Shown one piece after another: positions 61,029 through 64,000 of a DNA stretch of 64,000 bases. The number at the start of each line of letters is the position of its first letter. The stretch's first letter is position 1. The stretch is from NCBI GenBank assembly GCA_038087875.1, contig CM075990.1, positions 6,760,001-6,824,000 on the forward strand, in the 5' to 3' direction. Both the position numbers and the translations under genes were made by a program. Below the pieces are notes generated by a model, which ran no database searches, had not been told where the DNA came from, and worked only from the letters and a program-made list of their open reading frames with translations. The stretch comes from Malacoraja senta (taxonomy: Eukaryota).

Positions 61029-62814
61029 GTCCTTAGTGTACGATCATGTTAAAGTGCGGGCAACGCTGGTCGCTGCAGACTTCACTAGGCCAAAGGGCCT
61101 GTTTCCGCATTGTATCTCTAAATTAAACTGAACTAATCCTCCCATTATGAAGCTTACCCAACTGCACAGAAGATTAATTAGTTACTCTGGCCTGAAGCAA
61201 GTTTCCATAAATGTTCTTCATTATCTTGAAAGTGCATCTTTTAACTTGAATCAGTCCAGGAATTAACAATTCTGTGGGAGAAGCTCCATCATCAGTCTGT
61301 TTTTAATCCTGAGCTGTTCTCTTCTGTGATACTTGAAAAGGTTACCTAAATACCACAGCTGCCAGGGCAAGGCAACCTGTTAAGGTTATTTGTAGAATCA
61401 AGTGGCGTTTAAAAGGTGGCAATTTACATAATGGAATTAGGTAATGGAATTATCTATGCAAATAATGGAATTAGATGTAATTAAGATTAATAATATAGTT
61501 TAGTTTATAGATACATCACGGAAACAGGCCCTTTGGCCCACCTAGTCCACACTGACCATCGATCGCCCATTCACACTAGTTCTATGTCATCCCATTTTCA
61601 AATCCACTCCCTACACACTAGGGACAATTTTTCACAGGCCAATTAACCTACAAACCTGCACGTCTTTGGGATGTGGGAGGAAACCGGAGCACCCAGGGGA
61701 AACTCACGCGGTCACAGAGAGAACGTGCAAACACCACATTGGCACGGACCCGGTGGGCCAAAAGGACTCTTTGTGTGCTGGATCTCTCTTTGATTCTTAC
61801 CATGTAAGAAAAGAAATTTGAGAATATTTCAAAAAATAATCTTCTCGGGACCATCAGTGGTTGAGAAGCGACCTGATGGAAGTATTTAATGTTCTGAGGC
61901 ATAGATCGTCAAAATCTTTACCACTCACAATAAAGCTTACATGTCCAGGGTGGAAATGTCAAATATTAGAGGTGAAAAGGGGGGAGGTTGAAAGGGGATT
62001 TATGTGGCAAGCTTTTTTACGAGGAGTGGTCGGTGTCTGGAATAAGTTCATAAGTGATAGGAGCAAAATTAGGCCATTCGGTCCATCAAGTCTACTCTGC
62101 CATTCAATCATGGCTGATTTATCTTTCCCTATCTTAACCCCATTCACCTGCATTCTCCCCATAACCCCTATCGGGAATGCAGTACTGGAGAAGTGGTGGA
62201 AGCAGTTATGATAGAATGAACAGGTAGGGAAAGGAGGAATATGGACCATGTGCAGGCGGATGGAAGGAGTTTAGCTTGGCATCATGGTCGCAAACATATC
62301 GTGGAGAGTTGGGCCTGTTCCCGTGCTGTATTGTCCTATTATTTATGTAGGGAATATGTCCATTGAAAAAGAATCAGGTAATAGATGCCACAGAAGCCTG
62401 TCGAGGCAAAGTCAGTGGATATATTTAAGGCAGAGATGGATAGATTCTTGAGTAGAATGGGTGTCAGAGGTTATGGGGAGAAGTGGTTATGAGGAGAGAT
62501 AGATCAGCCATGATTGGATGGCGGAGTACACTTGATGGGCCGAATGGCCCAATTTACTCCTATCACTTATGATCTTATGAATAGGGCTTGTTCAAAGAAA
62601 TGGAAGTTTGGGAAGGAGAAGTGAAAAGACAAAGGCTTGGTGGGAGGTACCTGAAGAGCAGAAGGCTTTCCACCAAAGGTGGGGCAAAGGAAGAGGGGAA
62701 TGTAGTGGAGGTCAGTTTCACGGGTCTGAAGTGGAAGGACATGTGAGGCTGGAGGAGGTTGCACATAATTCTGCAAGGTTGGCCCCAAGAGGGACCTATT
62801 TGGTTAAGAGAGGC

Positions 62815-63260
62815 GCAAAATGCTAGGGTAACTCAGCGGATCAGGCAGCATCTCTGGAGAAAAGGAATTGGTGACGTTTCAGGTCGAGACCCTTCTTCAG
62901 ACTGAGAGTCGGGGAGAGGTAAACAAGGGGGATGAAAAGGTACAGAACCGGCACCGATAACAAAAGAGTTCACAATGGTCCATTGTTGGCTGTGGAGGAG
63001 GTGATAATGAGGGGATACGAACAGTAAAACAAACAGGACGATGAGGGTGGGGGAGGGATGGTGAGAGAGGGAATGCAAGGGTTACTTCAAATGAGAGAAA
63101 TCAATATTCATACCACTGGGTTGTAAGCTGCGCAAGCAAAATTTGAGGTGCTGTTCCTCCAATTTGCGTGTGTCTTCACTCTGACACTGGAGGAGGCTTA
63201 GGACAGAAAGGTCAGTATGAGAATGGGAAGGAGAGTTAAAATGGTTGGCAACCAGGCGAT
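62815..63260 (-). mobile_element. Penelope-like element 3' fragment (GIY-YIG endonuclease C-terminus plus pseudo-LTR)
   Basis: ORF 63082-63300 (VANHFNSPSHSHTDLSVLSL...TRKLEEQHL.F.L.SLQPSGMNIDF) followed by ctgaagaagggtctcgacctgaaacgtc. Confidence 0.85.
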
Positions 63261-63879
63261 TGCCGGGAGAACTGGCCAGTCTCATATTGCCGTAAGGCAA
63301 AGAGTGCGTTTAGAGTGGAAATGCTTTTAACCTCTGCGGGACCTCATCTCCCTTTCTGGATGGGATTGACATGGTCCTTTACTGTCAAAGCTTTGTGTTG
63401 CATGCTATCCAGTCAGATCAGATATACTATACATAAGTCCAATCAAGTCAAACTCGTCTAATAGGTAGAGCCAAGGAGAAGATACAGCATGCAGAATATA
63501 GTTCACATCATTGTAGTGCAACAGCCCGATGGACAAAGTCCAATATCCACAGTGGGGTAGAGGTGAAAATACCATTAGAACATTTAGACATGGTGCTATA
63601 CTTGTAGGTAGTGAAAAGATTTAAGTGTTGAGTGACTGTGTTGGGTGATGGCAGATCCTCCTCTGGGAAGGACGCGCAAAGAGTCGCCACCCTCCGGTGC
63701 CATCAATGTTGAATTGCCGCCCTCTGTCTTAGACCAGAGTTGGCAGAACAAGCTGTTGCAGTATTACTGTGTGCAACTCTTCAAGGCTGCGGTATGTGCT
63801 GTAACAACCCAGTAGTACCAGTGACAGGACTGGCTGGCGTACATACACTGGGAAGGCAGGAGGAAGGCTGCTGCCCTAA

Positions 63880-63910
<31 letters not shown>

Positions 63911-64000
63911 ACACAGCGGCCTTCATGTGCCCCCACAGACCCGTGAGCCGCACTCGATCCCACAAGGCATGAGACTGCGCAACCACGCTAACGTCATCTA

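Larger units (their letters stand above)
60682..61135 (+). mobile_element. HE1-like SINE hosting a 136-bp ribozyme-bearing insertion
   Basis: SINE body runs to aattgtccttagtgt and resumes after 61039. Confidence 0.8.

Overview
Repeat-dominated vertebrate DNA with no recognisable host protein-coding exon. The HE1-like V-SINEs, HER1/CR1-like LINE fragments and Penelope-derived foldbacks point, by inference, to a cartilaginous fish, probably a skate or ray. Two DIRS1-like tyrosine-recombinase retrotransposons are present: 3574-8632, and 49483-54257, which sits precisely inside a near-intact CR1 ORF2. The window also holds a young 5'-truncated L2 LINE, two ~99% identical CORE-type SINEs, four PIF/Harbinger-type MITEs, a non-autonomous Helitron with an internal minisatellite, Rex1/Babar fragments, a tRNA-Lys(CTT)-derived copy and a 200-N gap. 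Most notable: (1) a 136-bp TSD-flanked retroposon (60893-61028, minus strand) whose first 54 nt form a complete minimal HDV-like ribozyme; (2) splice signals at homologous in-frame positions in both diverged DIRS copies, which would excise the RT/RNaseH/MT ORF and give the recombinase a start codon; (3) a heavily decayed DIRS with pristine termini inside a much less decayed LINE, implying trans-mobilisation; (4) many Penelope-derived hammerhead-like cores. Family names come from motif recognition by eye, not database searches, and boundaries of old repeats are approximate.
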